Shown here piece after piece: positions 37,206 to 52,200 of a stretch of 64,000 nt of DNA. A program made the translations under genes and the position numbers. Location: contig OX597828.1 of the NCBI GenBank assembly GCA_951406725.2, positions 33,914,001 through 33,978,000 on the forward strand. The letters are read 5' to 3'. Within the stretch, counting starts at the first letter, position 1, and each line of letters opens with the position of its first letter. Under the pieces are notes generated by a model. The model was not told the origin of the DNA. It did not search any database and worked only from the letters and a program-made list of their open reading frames with translations. Origin of the DNA: Octopus vulgaris. Taxonomy: Eukaryota.

Positions 37206-37927
37206 GTTCACATTCGAATCTTGCAAACCAAATACAACAACGAAATAGTTTCTTCCATTATTTCTCCATTCGCAACAGGGCTGGTCCCAGGAATTTTTCA
37301 AAGGGAGGGCACAAGATCAGAAGGGAATACAATTCCAGGAGAAAATCAGTGGTTTTTGGGAGCTTTTCCACATTCATGTGCACAACACGGAATAATATAA
37401 CATTATTTAGACGGGTACACTTCTTTCCTTGAGATGGGCGGGCACCTGCCCGTCAGTCCCCCATCCCTTAGCATTTTCATTCCTTCTTTGTAACTTCTTC
37501 CTTCGGTGTTTTTCCGTTTGAACATCCCATTAATCGAACACCTTCAGCCTAGCTTCAAGAGAATCATAGATCAATCATTTTCGGCTGCTTAAAAAAAGTC
37601 TTTAAAGGGTTTTAAATACAAGCTCTTTGTAGTATCATGTAATCGTTTTTAAGCCCAGGCCATCAAATAGGAATTATATTTTAACATCCAAGCAACACAC
37701 AGGGATCTTTTCGGTTTGAAGAGATTAAAGTCGTGATTAAATTCAGCGACTGCCTTGCATTATCCTTTGTATCGTTGGTTTGATTTTAATCGTCAACCAT
37801 GCATGCTTTGCACAAAACTTCGCTGTGATATCAAGATATTCGTGAGTGGCTATGTGGGTAAGAAGTTTACTGCCCCAAAACAAGGTCTCGGGTTTAGTCC
37901 CACTGCGTGGTATAGTCTTCTACTACG

Positions 37928-38350
37928 GAAGGCGGCGAGCTGGCAGAAACGTTAGCACGCCGGGCGAAATGCTTACCGGTATTTCGTCTGCCGTTACGTT
38001 GTGAGTTCAAATTCCGCCGAGGTCGACTTTGCTTTCATCCTTTCGGGGTCGATAAAACTAAGTACCAGTTACGCACTGGGGTCGATGTAATCGACTTAAT
38101 ACCTATGTCTGTCCGTGTTTGTCCCCTCTGTGTTTAGCCCCTTGTGGGTAATAAAGAAATAGGTATTTCGTCTGTCTTTATGTTCTGAGTTCAAATTCCG
38201 CCGAGGTCGACTTTGCCTTTCATCCTTTCGGGGTCGATTAAATAAGTACCAGTTACGCACTGGGGTCGATGTAATCGACTTAATCCGTTTGTCTGTCCTT
38301 GTTTGTCCCCTCTGTGTTTAGCGCCATGTGAGTAGTAAAGAAATAGGTAT
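37928..38350 (+). mobile_element. CpG-rich (young-looking) SINE family B partial tandem dimer inside a family A head
   Basis: Two near-identical GAGTTCAAATTCCGCCGAGGTCGAC...TAAAGAAAT units; flanked by TATAGTCTTCTACTACGG on both sides. Confidence 0.85.
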
Positions 38351-40864
38351 AGTCTTCTACTACGGTTTCCGTCAACTAAAGCCTTGTGAGTGGATTTGGT
38401 AGACGGAAACTGAAAGAAACGTGTGCTTGAAAAGATTAATCGAAAGCGTTTGCACACACTAGACAAAAAACCTCTTCCAAATTGTTAGTAACCTCCTGAT
38501 AAAAGATTTTATGATTTTTTTTTTTACTCAAATAATTGTTAAAATCCTTTTTGTGTGTGTGTGACCACCGGTTGATAACCGGTATTGACTTGTTTACGAC
38601 TCTATAACTTCGTGGTTTAGTACAGTGACCGATGGAATATGTACCAGACTGTAGAGAATAAGTACCGGGGTCGATTTCTTTGACTAAATCGGTTCAAGGC
38701 GGTATTCCAAAGAAGTAAAGCTGATAAACAAAAATATTAAAATATCCATGAACTGATTTCACACTTTCTGTTCTGATAATCTATGGATAATCTACATCAT
38801 TCGGCATTTGTTAATGAAGAGTTAGACCGGAAAAAAACCCCCAGATGAATAAAGCAATTGAAATGCCGGTTGTATGGCTGATGGTGGGGACAGGAGAGGG
38901 TCCACTCCGGGCGACACTTTGGTTCGAGTGACGCTTTTATGAAAGCAGTATATCTGGGTCTGCTTGTGCAGGGCTGAGGATCCGGGGGAGTGACAAGATC
39001 AAGGGCTACCTGAGGTTGCACACAGTTTAGCTATTCCACTATGAACTACACCGAAATAAGTTATTATCGATACATTGTGGTTAGCAACACAAATGCCAAG
39101 GAAATTGAAAGAATAATTATCGATGCTTGCAAAAATACCTTTGTTTTGTTTTTGTTTCTTTTTTCATTAATTTTCTATTGAACACCATTTTAATAACCAG
39201 GCAATACTTCGTCATTGGCATAAAAATTAGATCGACCGCTTCTAAAAGGGCTCCGTCTTTTAAGGTTTTTTTTTTTTTTCACAGTTTAGTCAGGAATGGA
39301 GGTGCAACGCTCATGACCTGGAATTTCTTTCTACTTTTCTTTCTTTCATGACTGATAGAAGGAAAGGATGAAGTTATCCTCGAACCGGAAATCCAACCTC
39401 AAAGCTGGCCACAGAAAGTACTGCTATAAAAGCATACAGAACCAAGTGGTGGTACTAAAACGAGCGCCGATTTAAGTCGGTTCATACGTGAGTTCAGAAC
39501 TCCCCAAAGAGTCAAAGCAAATACCACAAGGCATCTCGTCTGGCATTCTAACAGTTCCACCACCACCACTTCGTCGTTAATTTGTACTTTATTTTATCGA
39601 CCCTGAAAAGATGAAAATCAAAGTTGACCCCAGTGTAATTTGAACTTCAAATGCGGTATAAGTAAAGCAAAACATTTTGCTGCTTTACGCTCTAACGATT
39701 CTACCATTTCGCCGCCGCCGCCGCTGCTGCAAGTAGTTCCAATCTTACTTTCACCATATTTCCAGCATCCTTTCGTTTTCATTGGATAAACCCAAGAAAA
39801 GACTCTTTTATAAAATTGTTTTCTTAAAATCAATACCAACATAACAACTGTTTATGCTATTTCTATTGATGTGCTTTATTTGCAGTTGAATCAAACAAAG
39901 GGTCAAAATATTTGACCTTATGAATATTAAGTAGTAATATCTGGTGAACAGTTGAAGCCTTCAGCAGCTCAATACAATAATTCTACACTAACTGACATAA
40001 ATATGGATATTCGTCTTCAGTTCTTTGCTACATTGCAGTGATTGTTTTTTGTTGTTTTTTTTTGTTTTTTGTTTTTGTTTTTTTAGCGGATCAAAGTTTC
40101 CTGATAATTTTAATAACACCGCATCTGAAAGAATTTCTCAGCAGTTGCTTTCTCCTTTATGGCTATGGGATTCCTTTTGACCATGCAGTGCAAGATTTTT
40201 TGAGTTGCTAAAAAATTTACGCAGTGAAGAATTCTGTGGAGAATATCTCACCATTCATGTTCCTCCGAAACATTTTCCTAAACCATTAGCATAGAACTTG
40301 GAGCTCTATTTTAATTATTCCTCTATTTTCTACAAGATTTTCTTCTATTGGATGAAACAGTATAGATGATATTTTGTCTTTTCACGGGGTGGTCGAATCT
40401 ATTTTCTTTGTTCGAATGAAGAAGGATTAACAATAGCATAAAATTGTTTTCTTCTCGACAGAATACACAAACCATGAGCGCTAAATTTGTTTCCCTCACT
40501 AAACATGAGCTGGAGTAGCCGTGTGGTAAGTAGCTTGCTTACGAACCACATGGTTCCGGGTTCAGTCCCACTGCGTGATACCTTGGGCAAGTGTCTTCTA
40601 CAATAGCCTCGGACCGACCAAAGCCTTGTGAGTAGATTTGGTGGATCTTTTCAATATCGTGGCCAGGAAAAGATCCCATAATTGTAAACCAAAATGAAAA
40701 CGGAATTGTAATTTCTAAGTTTAACGTTGTTTAATAATTCGAATTTTAACCAATGATATTCTTTCTTTCAGCCTCATATTATTTACTGCCTCTCAAAATA
40801 TTGTTACTGTGACGTAAACAGCTATTTTGTGACGTAGTTAACGTAAACATGTAAATAGCTAACT

Positions 40865-40964
40865 NNNNNNNNNNNNNNNNNNNNNNNNNNNNNNNNNNNN
40901 NNNNNNNNNNNNNNNNNNNNNNNNNNNNNNNNNNNNNNNNNNNNNNNNNNNNNNNNNNNNNNNN
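40865..40964. other. Assembly gap (100 N)
   Basis: Run of n. Confidence 1.
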
Positions 40965-41289
40965 GTATATATACAAAGTGTATATATCTTTATTTATGTA
41001 TGTTAAACTTTTTCATACTTTTTCATAGTTATATATATTTTTTAAACAAATTATAAATATAATTTAATAATTTTTATTTTCAATTTAAATAATTTCAATT
41101 TTTCAATTTTATATTTTATATATTTTCTATATTATATTTTTTTTTTAATGTTTTTGTGTTTGGTTTTTCACTGTTTGATTTGCCTATTAGTGGTTTTATC
41201 TCTAATTTAATTTATACAGATCTATATCTCATTTGTATACATTTGTATATATAATGCGTGCACATACACACACACACACATATATATAT

Positions 41290-41334
<45 letters not shown>

Positions 41335-42249
41335 GTGTGCATTACGTAGTCGGTCAATTCAGCTGAAAATATGCATACCTATGTTAAAAGTGCTGGCAAG
41401 TTTGCATGACAACTATTTTTTTCCTCAAATGAAAGGCGTCACCTCTAGGACAAAATTCCTCATCTTATAAAATGTGGCCCCAGTAGACCCGAATGAAATC
41501 GGGTTATGTTAACCAAAATGTGAAAAGTGGTCTAAATGGGGCTGGAATGGGATTAAAATTTAAAGGAGCGGGTGTTTAGGAATTCTCTGTTACATCAAGC
41601 TAAAAAATTTGCGCCAGCCTTTTAATCGTCAATGTGTTGCCGTCCATGATAAAGAGTCCATGGTGAGTCTACTGTCGTGAGAAAGAATCACTTCAAAACT
41701 TGGTGTTTACGAATTTTCTTTTACATCAAGTTGAAAATTTTACGCCAGTCGTTAAACTGTCACAACGTTGCTGTCCGTCGTTAAGAAGTGCCAGCCATGG
41801 TGACTCTACTATCCTCAGATTCTATCCCTTCAAACTTTGGTTTCCAATATTTTATTATTTTTCTTCAGCTCGCAAGTCCGTCTGTCCCTTTTAAATGTTA
41901 GCATTTTGCTGTCTGCCTTGAAGCAGACTTTGCCATTATCACTGCCTCATCTTTCTGATTGATCTTTCTAAATATTTTATTTCTCAACTTACTCAAGATC
42001 TTCTGTTGTTTATAAATTTACATACCTGATTGATCTTTCTAAATATTTTATTTCTCAACATACTCAAGATCTTCTGTTGTTTATAAATGGGAGAGAGATA
42101 GATAAAGATAGAGAGTAAGAGAAAGCAAGGAAGAGTCCGAGAGATAAGAAAACTAAGAGAGTGGGAAAGTGAGAGAGAAAGGAGAGAGAAAAATACGGAG
42201 AATCATCATCATCGTTTAACGACCGTTTTCCGTGCTAGCAAGGCTTGAT

Positions 42250-42271
42250 CAGTGTATACATTGTATACATT

Positions 42272-42311
<40 letters not shown>

Positions 42312-45300
42312 AATATATATAATTTGTATACATATTATATATATATATATAATATGTATATATATATATATATATACATATAAATATATATATAATTTGT
42401 ATACATTTATATACATATAAATATATATAATTTGTATACATATTATATACATATATATATTTGTATATATTTATATACATATATATAATTTGTATATATT
42501 TATATACATATATATAATTTGTATACATTTATATACATATATATAATTTGTATACGTTTATATACATGTATATAATTTGTATACGTTTATATACATATAT
42601 ATAATTTGTATACAAATTATATACATATATATAATTTGTATACATTTATATACATATATATAATATTGTATACATTTATATACATATATATAATTTGTAT
42701 ATATACATATACATATATATAATTTGTATGAATATATATACATATATATAATTTGTATATATTATATATACATATATATATATTTGTATACGTTTATATA
42801 CATATATATAATTTGTATACGTTTATATACATATATATAATTTGTATACGTTTATATACATATATATAATTTGTATACGTTTATATACATATATATAATT
42901 TGTATATATTTATATGCATATATATAATTTGTATACATTTATATACATATATATAATTTGTATACGTTTATATACATTTATATAATTTATATACATATAT
43001 ATAATTTGTATACATATATATAATTTGTATACATATATATAATTTGTATACATATATATAATTTGTATACATATATATAATTTGTATACATATATATAAT
43101 TTGTATACATATATATATAATTTGTATACATATATATAATTTGTATACATATATATAATTTGTATACATATATATAATTTGTATACATATATATAATTTG
43201 TATACATATATATAATTTGTATACATATATATAATTTGTATACATATATATAATTTGTATACATATATATAATTTGTATACATATTCATATACATATATA
43301 TAATTTGAATACATATTCATATACATATATATAATTTGTATACATATTCATATACATATATATAATTTGTATATATATTCATATACATATATATAATTTG
43401 TATATATTTCATATACATATATATAATTTGTATATATATTCATATACATATATATAATTTGTATATATATTCATATACATATATATAATTTGTATATATA
43501 TTCATATACATATATATAATTTGTATATATATTCATATACATATATATAATTTGTATATATTCATATACATATATATAATTTGTATATATATTCATATAC
43601 ATATATATAATTTGTATATATATTCATATACATATATATAATTTGTATACATATTCATATACATATATATAATTTGTATATATATTCATATACATATATA
43701 TAATTTGTATATATATTCATATACATATATATAATTTGTATATATATTCATATACATATATATAATTTGTATATATTCATATACATATATATAATTTGTA
43801 TATATTCATATACATATATATAATTTGTATATATTCATATACATATATATAATTTGTATATATTCATATACATATATATAATTTGTATATATTTCATATA
43901 CATATATATAATTTGTATATATATTCATATACATATATATAATTTGTATATATATTCATATACATATATATAATTTGTATATATATTCATATACATATAT
44001 ATAATTTGTATATATATTCATATACATATATATAATTTGTATATATATTCATATACATATATATAATTTGTATATATATTCATATACATATATATAATTT
44101 GTATATATATTCATATACATATATATAATTTGTATATATATTCATATACATATATATAATTTGTATATATATTCATATACATATATATAATTTGTATATA
44201 TATTCATATACATATATATAATTTGTATATATATTCATATACATATATATAATTTGTATATATTCATATACATATATATAATTTGTATATATTCATATAC
44301 ATATATATAATTTGTATATATTCATATACATATATATAATTTGTATATATTCATATACATATATATAATTTGTATATATTCATATACATATATATAATTT
44401 GTATATATTCATATACATATATATAATTTGTATATATTCATATACATATATATAATTTGTATGTATTCATATACATATATATAATTTGTATATATTCATA
44501 TACATATATATAATTTGTATATATTCATATACATATATATAATTTGTATATATTCATATACATATATATAATTTGTATGTATTCATATACATATATATAA
44601 TTTGTATGTATTCATATACATATATATAATTTGTATGTATTCATATACATATATATAATTTGTATGTATTCATATACATATATATAATTTGTATGTATTC
44701 ATATACATATATATAATTTGTATGTATTCATATACATATATATAATTTGTATGTATTCATATACATATATATAATTTGTATGTATTCATATACATATATA
44801 TAATTTGTATGTATTCATATACATATATATAATTTGTATGTATTCATATACATATATATAATTTGTATGTATTCATATACATATATATAATTTGTATATA
44901 TTCATATACATATATATAATTTGTATATATTCATATACATATATATAATTTGTATGTATTCATATACAAATATATAATTTGTATATATTTATATACATAT
45001 ATATAATTTGTATATATTTATATACATATATATAATTTGTATATATTTATATATATGTATATAAATATATACAAATTATATATATAATTATATATAATTT
45101 GTATACATTTATATACAAATATATAATTTGTATACGTTTATATACAAATATATAATTTGTATACGTTTATATACATATATATAATTTGTATACATATATA
45201 TAATTTGTATATATTTGTATACAGATATATAATTTGTATATATTTGTATACAGATATATAATTTGTATATATTTGTATACAGATATATAATTTGTATATA

Positions 45301-48300
45301 TTTATATTCATATATATAATTTGTATATATTTATATGCATATATATAATTTGTATATATTTATATGCATATATATAATTTGTATATATTCATATGTATAT
45401 ATATAATTTGTATATTTTTATATACATATATATAATTTGTATCTATTTGTATGCATATATATAATTTGTATACATTTATATACATATATATAATTTGTAT
45501 ACGTTTATATACATATATATAATTTGTATACATTTATATACATATATATAATTTGTATACGTTTATCTACATATATATAATTTGTATACGTTTATATACA
45601 TATATATATATTTGTATATAATTTGTTTATATACATATATATAATTTGTATACGTTTATATACATATATATAATTTGTATACATTTATATACATATATAT
45701 AATTTGTATATATTTATATACATATATATAATTTGTATACATTTATATACATATATATAATTTGTATACATATATATAATTTGTATACATTTATATACAT
45801 ATATATAAATTGTATACATTTATATACATATATATAATTTGTATATATTCATATGCATATATATAATTTGTATATATTCATATACATATATATAATTTGT
45901 ATATATTCATATACATATATATAATTTGTATATATTCATATACATATATATAATTTGTATATATTCATATACATATATTTAATTTGTATATCTTCATATA
46001 CATATATATAATTTGTATATCTTCATTTACATATATATAATTTGTATATCTTCATATACATATATGTAATTTGTATACCTTCATATACATATATGTAAGT
46101 TGTATATCTTCATATACATATATTTAAATTGGATATCTTCATATACATATATGTAATTTGTATACCTTCATATACATATATATAATTTGTATATCTTTAT
46201 ATACATATATGTAATTTGTATAGCTTCATCTACATATATGTAAGTTGTATATCTTCATCTACATATATTTAAATTGGATATCTTCATATACATATATGTA
46301 ATTTGTATATATACATATACATATATGTAATTTGTATATCTTCATATACATATATGTAATTTGTATATCTTCATATACATATATGTAATTTGTATATATT
46401 CATATACATATATGTAATTTGTATATATTCATATACATATATGTAATTTGTATATATTCATATACATATATGTAATTTGTATATATTCATATACATATAT
46501 ATAATTTGTATATATTCATATACATATAAATAATTTGTATATATTCATATACATATAAATAATTTGTATATATTCATATACATATATATAATTTGTATAT
46601 ATTCATATACATATATATAATTTGTATATATTCATATACATATATATAATTTGTATATATTCATATACATATATATAATTTGTATATATTCATATACATA
46701 TATATAATTTGTATATATTCATATACATATATATAATTTGTATATATTCATATACATATATATAATTTGTATATATTCATATACATATATATAATTTGTA
46801 TATATTCATATACATATATATATAATTTGTATATATTCATATACATATATATATTTGTATATATTCATATACATATATATAACTTGTATATATTCATATA
46901 CATATATATAATTTGTATATATTCATAAACATACATATAATTTGTGTATATTCATATACATATATATAATTTGTATATATTCATATACATATATATAACT
47001 TGTATATATTTATATACATATATATAATTTGTATAAATTTATATATATATATAAATATATACCAATTATATTCATATAATTATATATATTTTGTATATAT
47101 TTATATACAAATACACAATTTGTATACGTTTATATACATATATATAATTTGTATACATTTATATACATATATATAATTTGTATACATTTATATACATATA
47201 TATAATTTGTATACATATATACATATATATAATTTGTATGCATATATATAATTTGTATGCATATATATAATTTGTATATATTCATATACATATATATAAT
47301 TTGCATATTTTCATATACATATATGTAATTTGTATATATTCATATACATATATGTAATTTGTATATATTCATATACATAATAATTGTATATCTTCATATA
47401 CATATATGTAATTTGTATATCTTCATATACATATATGTAATTTGTATATATTCATATACATATATGTAATTTGTATATATTCATATACATATAGGTAATT
47501 TGTATATATTCATATACATATAGGTAATTTGTATATATTCATATACATATATATAATTTGTATATATTCATATACATATATATAATTCGTATATCTTCAT
47601 ATACATATATATAATTCGTATATCTTCATATACATATATGTAATTTGTATATCTTCATATACATATATATAATTTGTATATCTTCATATACATATATGTA
47701 ATTTGTATATCTTCATATACATATATATAATTTGTATATATTCATATACATATATATAATTTGTATATATTCATATACATATATATAATTTGTATATATT
47801 CATATACATATATATAATTTGTATATATTCATATACATATATATAATTTGTATATATTTATATACATATATATAATTTGTATATATTTATATACATATAT
47901 ATAATTTGTATATATTTATATACAAATATATAATATATATTTATATATATATATAATTTGTATATATTTATATACATATATATAATTTGTATACGTTTAT
48001 ATACATATATATATAATTTGTATACGTTTATATACATATATATAATTTGTGTACGTTCATATACATATATATAATTTGTTACGTTTATATACATATATAT
48101 AATTTGTATACGTTTATATACATATATATAATTTGTATACGTTTATATACATATATATAATTTGTATGCATATATATAATTTGTATATATTTGTATGCAT
48201 ATATATAATTTGTATATATTTGTATGCATATATATAATTTTTATATATTTACATGCATATATGCGGTTTGTATATATTTACATACATATATGCAGTTTGT

Positions 48301-48750
48301 ATATATTTACATACATATATGCAGTTTGTATATATTTACATACATATATGCAATTTATATATATTTACATACATATATGCAATTTGTATATATTTACATA
48401 CCTATATGCAATTTGCATGTATTTACATACCTATATGCAATTTGCTTGTATTTACATACCTACATGCAATTTGCACGTATTTACATACCTATATACAATT
48501 TGCACGTATTTACATACCTATATACAATTTGCACGTATTTACATACCTATATACAATTTGCATGTATTTACATACTTATATACAATTTGCATGTATTTAC
48601 ATACCTATATACAATTTGCATATATTTACATACCTATATACAATTTGTGCATATATTTACATACCTATATACAATTTGCATATATTTACATACCTATATG
48701 CAATTTGCATATATTTACATACCTATATACAATTTGCATATATACAATTG
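42250..48750. repeat. AT-rich satellite, 29-bp monomer ATATACATATATATAATTTGTATATATTC with 19- and 31-bp variants
   Basis: Periodic AATTTGTAT anchor over ~6.5 kb. Confidence 0.97.
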
Positions 48751-49089
48751 TCTATAAAGCATACAATGTAGAGAAAAAAAGAAGATTTGAACACCTGGAG
48801 GAAAGCACCATCGAAAAGTGTCTTGGTGCGACTATGAAAGATATCCCCGCAGAAGTAGAGCTAGGCTGGATTGTAGCCACACTTCTACACCAGAGGGAGG
48901 ACAAAATACAATTGGTCGAAATTGCAAGAGACGGGCCTACAATTCTAGCCTGTTATATATTTTGAGTATTGTTATCACTAGCGATATCAAGATATAACAT
49001 TGTATTTTGTATTTATGTGTAAATGTATATATATGTGTACATGTAATATGAACACATATATATATACTCATATACACATGGACTAACAC

Positions 49090-49122
49090 TATGACCCGGC
49101 AACGACCGGGTCATAATGCTAG
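49090..49122 (+). mobile_element. Helitron 3' terminus
   Basis: 10-bp hairpin TATGACCCGG-CAACGA-CCGGGTCATA followed by CTAG|T (49119-49122). Confidence 0.8.
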
Positions 49123-49257
49123 TATATCGATATATATGAAACTAAGAATGTGTATCTGTCTGTCTGTGTGAATCCCTATAACTTGAGAACTACACAACCA
49201 ATTTCATTCAAATTTTACACACGCCTTGCTTAGGGTCCACGGAGTGTCAGGAGCAGG
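49123..49257 (+). mobile_element. Helitron-like 5' segment
   Basis: TATATATGAAACT..TGTCTGTCTGT..AACTACACAACCAATTTCATTCAAATTTT resembles non-autonomous Helitron 5' ends; similar segment at ~17940-18030. Confidence 0.5.
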
Positions 49258-52200
49258 GCTCTGGGCGCCATTGGGCTCACTGTCCGCGGCTACGAGGCAA
49301 CAGCGAGCGCTATGGCGACCAGAGCTCTGCTCTGGGCGCCATTGGGCTCACTGTCCGCGGCTACGAGGCAACAGCGAGCGCTATGGCGACCAGAGCTCGC
49401 TCTGGGCGCCATTGGGCTCACTGTCCGCGGCTACGAGGCAACAGCGAGCGCTATGGCGACCAGAGCTCGCTCTGGGCGCCATTGGGCTCACTGTCCGCGG
49501 CTACGAGGCAACAGCGAGCGCTATGGCGACCAGAGCTCGCTCTGGGCGCCATTGGGCTCACTGTCCGCGGCTACGAGGCAACAGCGAGCGCTATGGCGAC
49601 CAGAGCTCGCTCTGGGCGCCATTGGGCTCACTGTCCGCGGCTACGAGACAACAGCGAGCGCTATGGCGACCAGAGCTCGCTCTGGGCGCCATTGGGCTCA
49701 CTGTCCGCGGCTACGAGGCAACAGCGAGCGCTATGGCGACCAGAGCTCGCTCTGGGCGCCATTGGGCTCACTGTCCGCGGCTACGAGGCAACAGCGAGCG
49801 CTATGGCGACCAGAGCTCGCTCTGGGCGCCATTGGGCTCACTGTCCGCGGCTACGAGGCAACAGCGAGCGCTATGGCGACCAGAGCCTCGCTCTGGGCGC
49901 CATTGGGCTCACTGTCCGCGGCTACGAGGCAACAGCGAGCGCTATGGCGACCAGAGCTCGCTCTGGGCGCCATTGGGCTCACTGTCCGCGGCTACGAGGC
50001 AACAGCGAGCGCTATGGCGACCAGAGCTCGCTCTGGGCGCCATTGGGCTCACTGTCCGCGGCTACGAGGCAACAGCGAGCGCTATGGCGACCAGAGCTCG
50101 CTCTGGGCGCCATTGGGCTCGACTGTCCGCGGCTCACGAGAGCAACAGCGAGCGCTATGGCGACCAGAGCTCGCTCTGGGCGCCATTGGGCTCACTGTCC
50201 GCGGCTACGAGGCAACAGCGAGCGCTATGGCGACCAGAGCTCGCTCTGGGCGCCATTGGGCTCACTGTCCGCGGCTACGAGGCAACAGCGAGCGCTATGG
50301 CGACCAGAGCTCGCTCTGGGCGCCATTGGGCTCACTGTCCGCGGCTACGAGGCAACAGCGAGCGCTATGGCGACCAGAGCTCGCTCTGGGCGCCATTGGG
50401 CTCACTGTCCGCGGCTACGAGACAACAGCGAGCGCTATGGCGACCAGAGCTCGCTCTGGGCGCCATTGGGCTCACTGTCCGCGGCTACGAGGCAACAGCG
50501 AGCGCTATGGCGACCAGAGCTCGCTCTGGGCGCCATTGGGCTCACTGTCCGCGGCTACGAGGCAACAGCGAGCGCTATGGCGACCAGAGCCTCGCTCTGG
50601 GCGCCATTGGGCTCAATGTCCGCGGCTACGAGACAACAGTGAGCGCTATGGCGACCAGAGCTCGCTCTGGGCGCCATTGGGCTCAATGTCCGCGGCTACG
50701 AGACAACAGTGAGCGCTATGGCGACCAGAGCTCGCTCTGGGCGCCATTGGGCTCAATGTCCGCGGCTACGAGACAACAGTGAGCGCTATGGCGACCAGAG
50801 CTCGCTCTGGGCGCCATTGGGCTCACTGTCCGCGGCTACGAGACAACAGTGAGCGCTATGGCGACCAGAGCTCGCTCTGGGCGCCATTGGGCTCAATGTC
50901 CGCGGCTACGAGACAACAGTGAGCGCTATGGCGACCAGAGCTCGCTCTGGGCGCCATTGGGCTCAATGTCCGCGGCTACGAGACAACAGTGAGCGCTATG
51001 GCGACCAGAGCTCGCTCTGGGCGCCATTGGGCTCAATGTCCGCGGCTACGAGACAACAGTGAGCGCTATGGCGACCAGAGCTCGCTCTGGGCGCCATTGG
51101 GCTCAATACGAGACCAGCGCGCTATGGCGACCAGAGCTCGCTCTGGGCGCCATTGGGCTCATGTCCGCGGCTACGAGAACAGCGAGCGCTATGGCGACCA
51201 GAGCTCGCTCTGGGCGCCATTGGGCTCACTGTCCGCGGCTACGAGCAACAGCGAGCGCTATGGCCAGAGCTCGCTCTGGGCGCCATTGGGCTCACTGTCC
51301 GCGGCTACGAGACAACAGTGAGCGCTATGGCGACCAGAGCTCGCTCTGGGCGCCATTGGGCTCAATGTCCGCGGCTACGAGACAACAGTGAGCGCTATGG
51401 CGACCAGAGCTCGCTCTGGGCGCCATTGGGCTCAATGTCCGCGGCTACGAGACAACAGTGAGCGCTATGGCGACCAGAGCTCGCTCTGGGCGCCATTGGG
51501 CTCACTGTCCGCGGCTACGAGACAACAGTGAGCGCTATGGCGACCAGAGCTCGCTCTGGGCGCCATTGGGCTCAATGTCCGCGGCTACGAGACAACAGTG
51601 AGCGCTATGGCGACCAGAGCTCGCTCTGGGCGCCATTGGGCTCAATGTCCGCGGCTACGAGACAACAGTGAGCGCTATGGCGACCAGAGCTCGCTCTGGG
51701 CGCCATTGGGCTCAATGTCCGCGGCTACGAGGCAACAGCGAGCGCTATGGCGACCAGAGCTCGCTCTGGGCGCCATTGGGCTCACTGTCCGCGGCTACGA
51801 GACAACAGTGAGCGCTATGGCGACCAGAGCTCGCTCTGGGCGCCATTGGGCTCACTGTCCGCGGCTACGAGACAACAGTGAGCGCTATGGCGACCAGAGC
51901 TCGCTCTGGGCGCCATTGGGCTCAATGTCCGCGGCTACGAGACAACAGTGAGCGCTATGGCGACCAGAGCTCGCTCTGGGCGCCATTGGGCTCACTGTCC
52001 GCGGCTACGAGACAACAGTGAGCGCTATGGCGACCAGAGCTCGCTCTGGGCGCCATTGGGCTCAATGTCCGCGGCTACGAGACAACAGTGAGCGCTATGG
52101 CGACCAGAGCTCGCTCTGGGCGCCATTGGGCTCAATGTCCGCGGCTACGAGACAACAGTGAGCGCTATGGCGACCAGAGCTCGCTCTGGGCGCCATTGGG

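Noticed and set aside
49226-50782. 518/466/419-aa ORFs in the GC satellite
   Set aside because: All three frames are open only because the left monomer lacks stops; frames cycle with the 70-bp period and close where CAGTGA appears.
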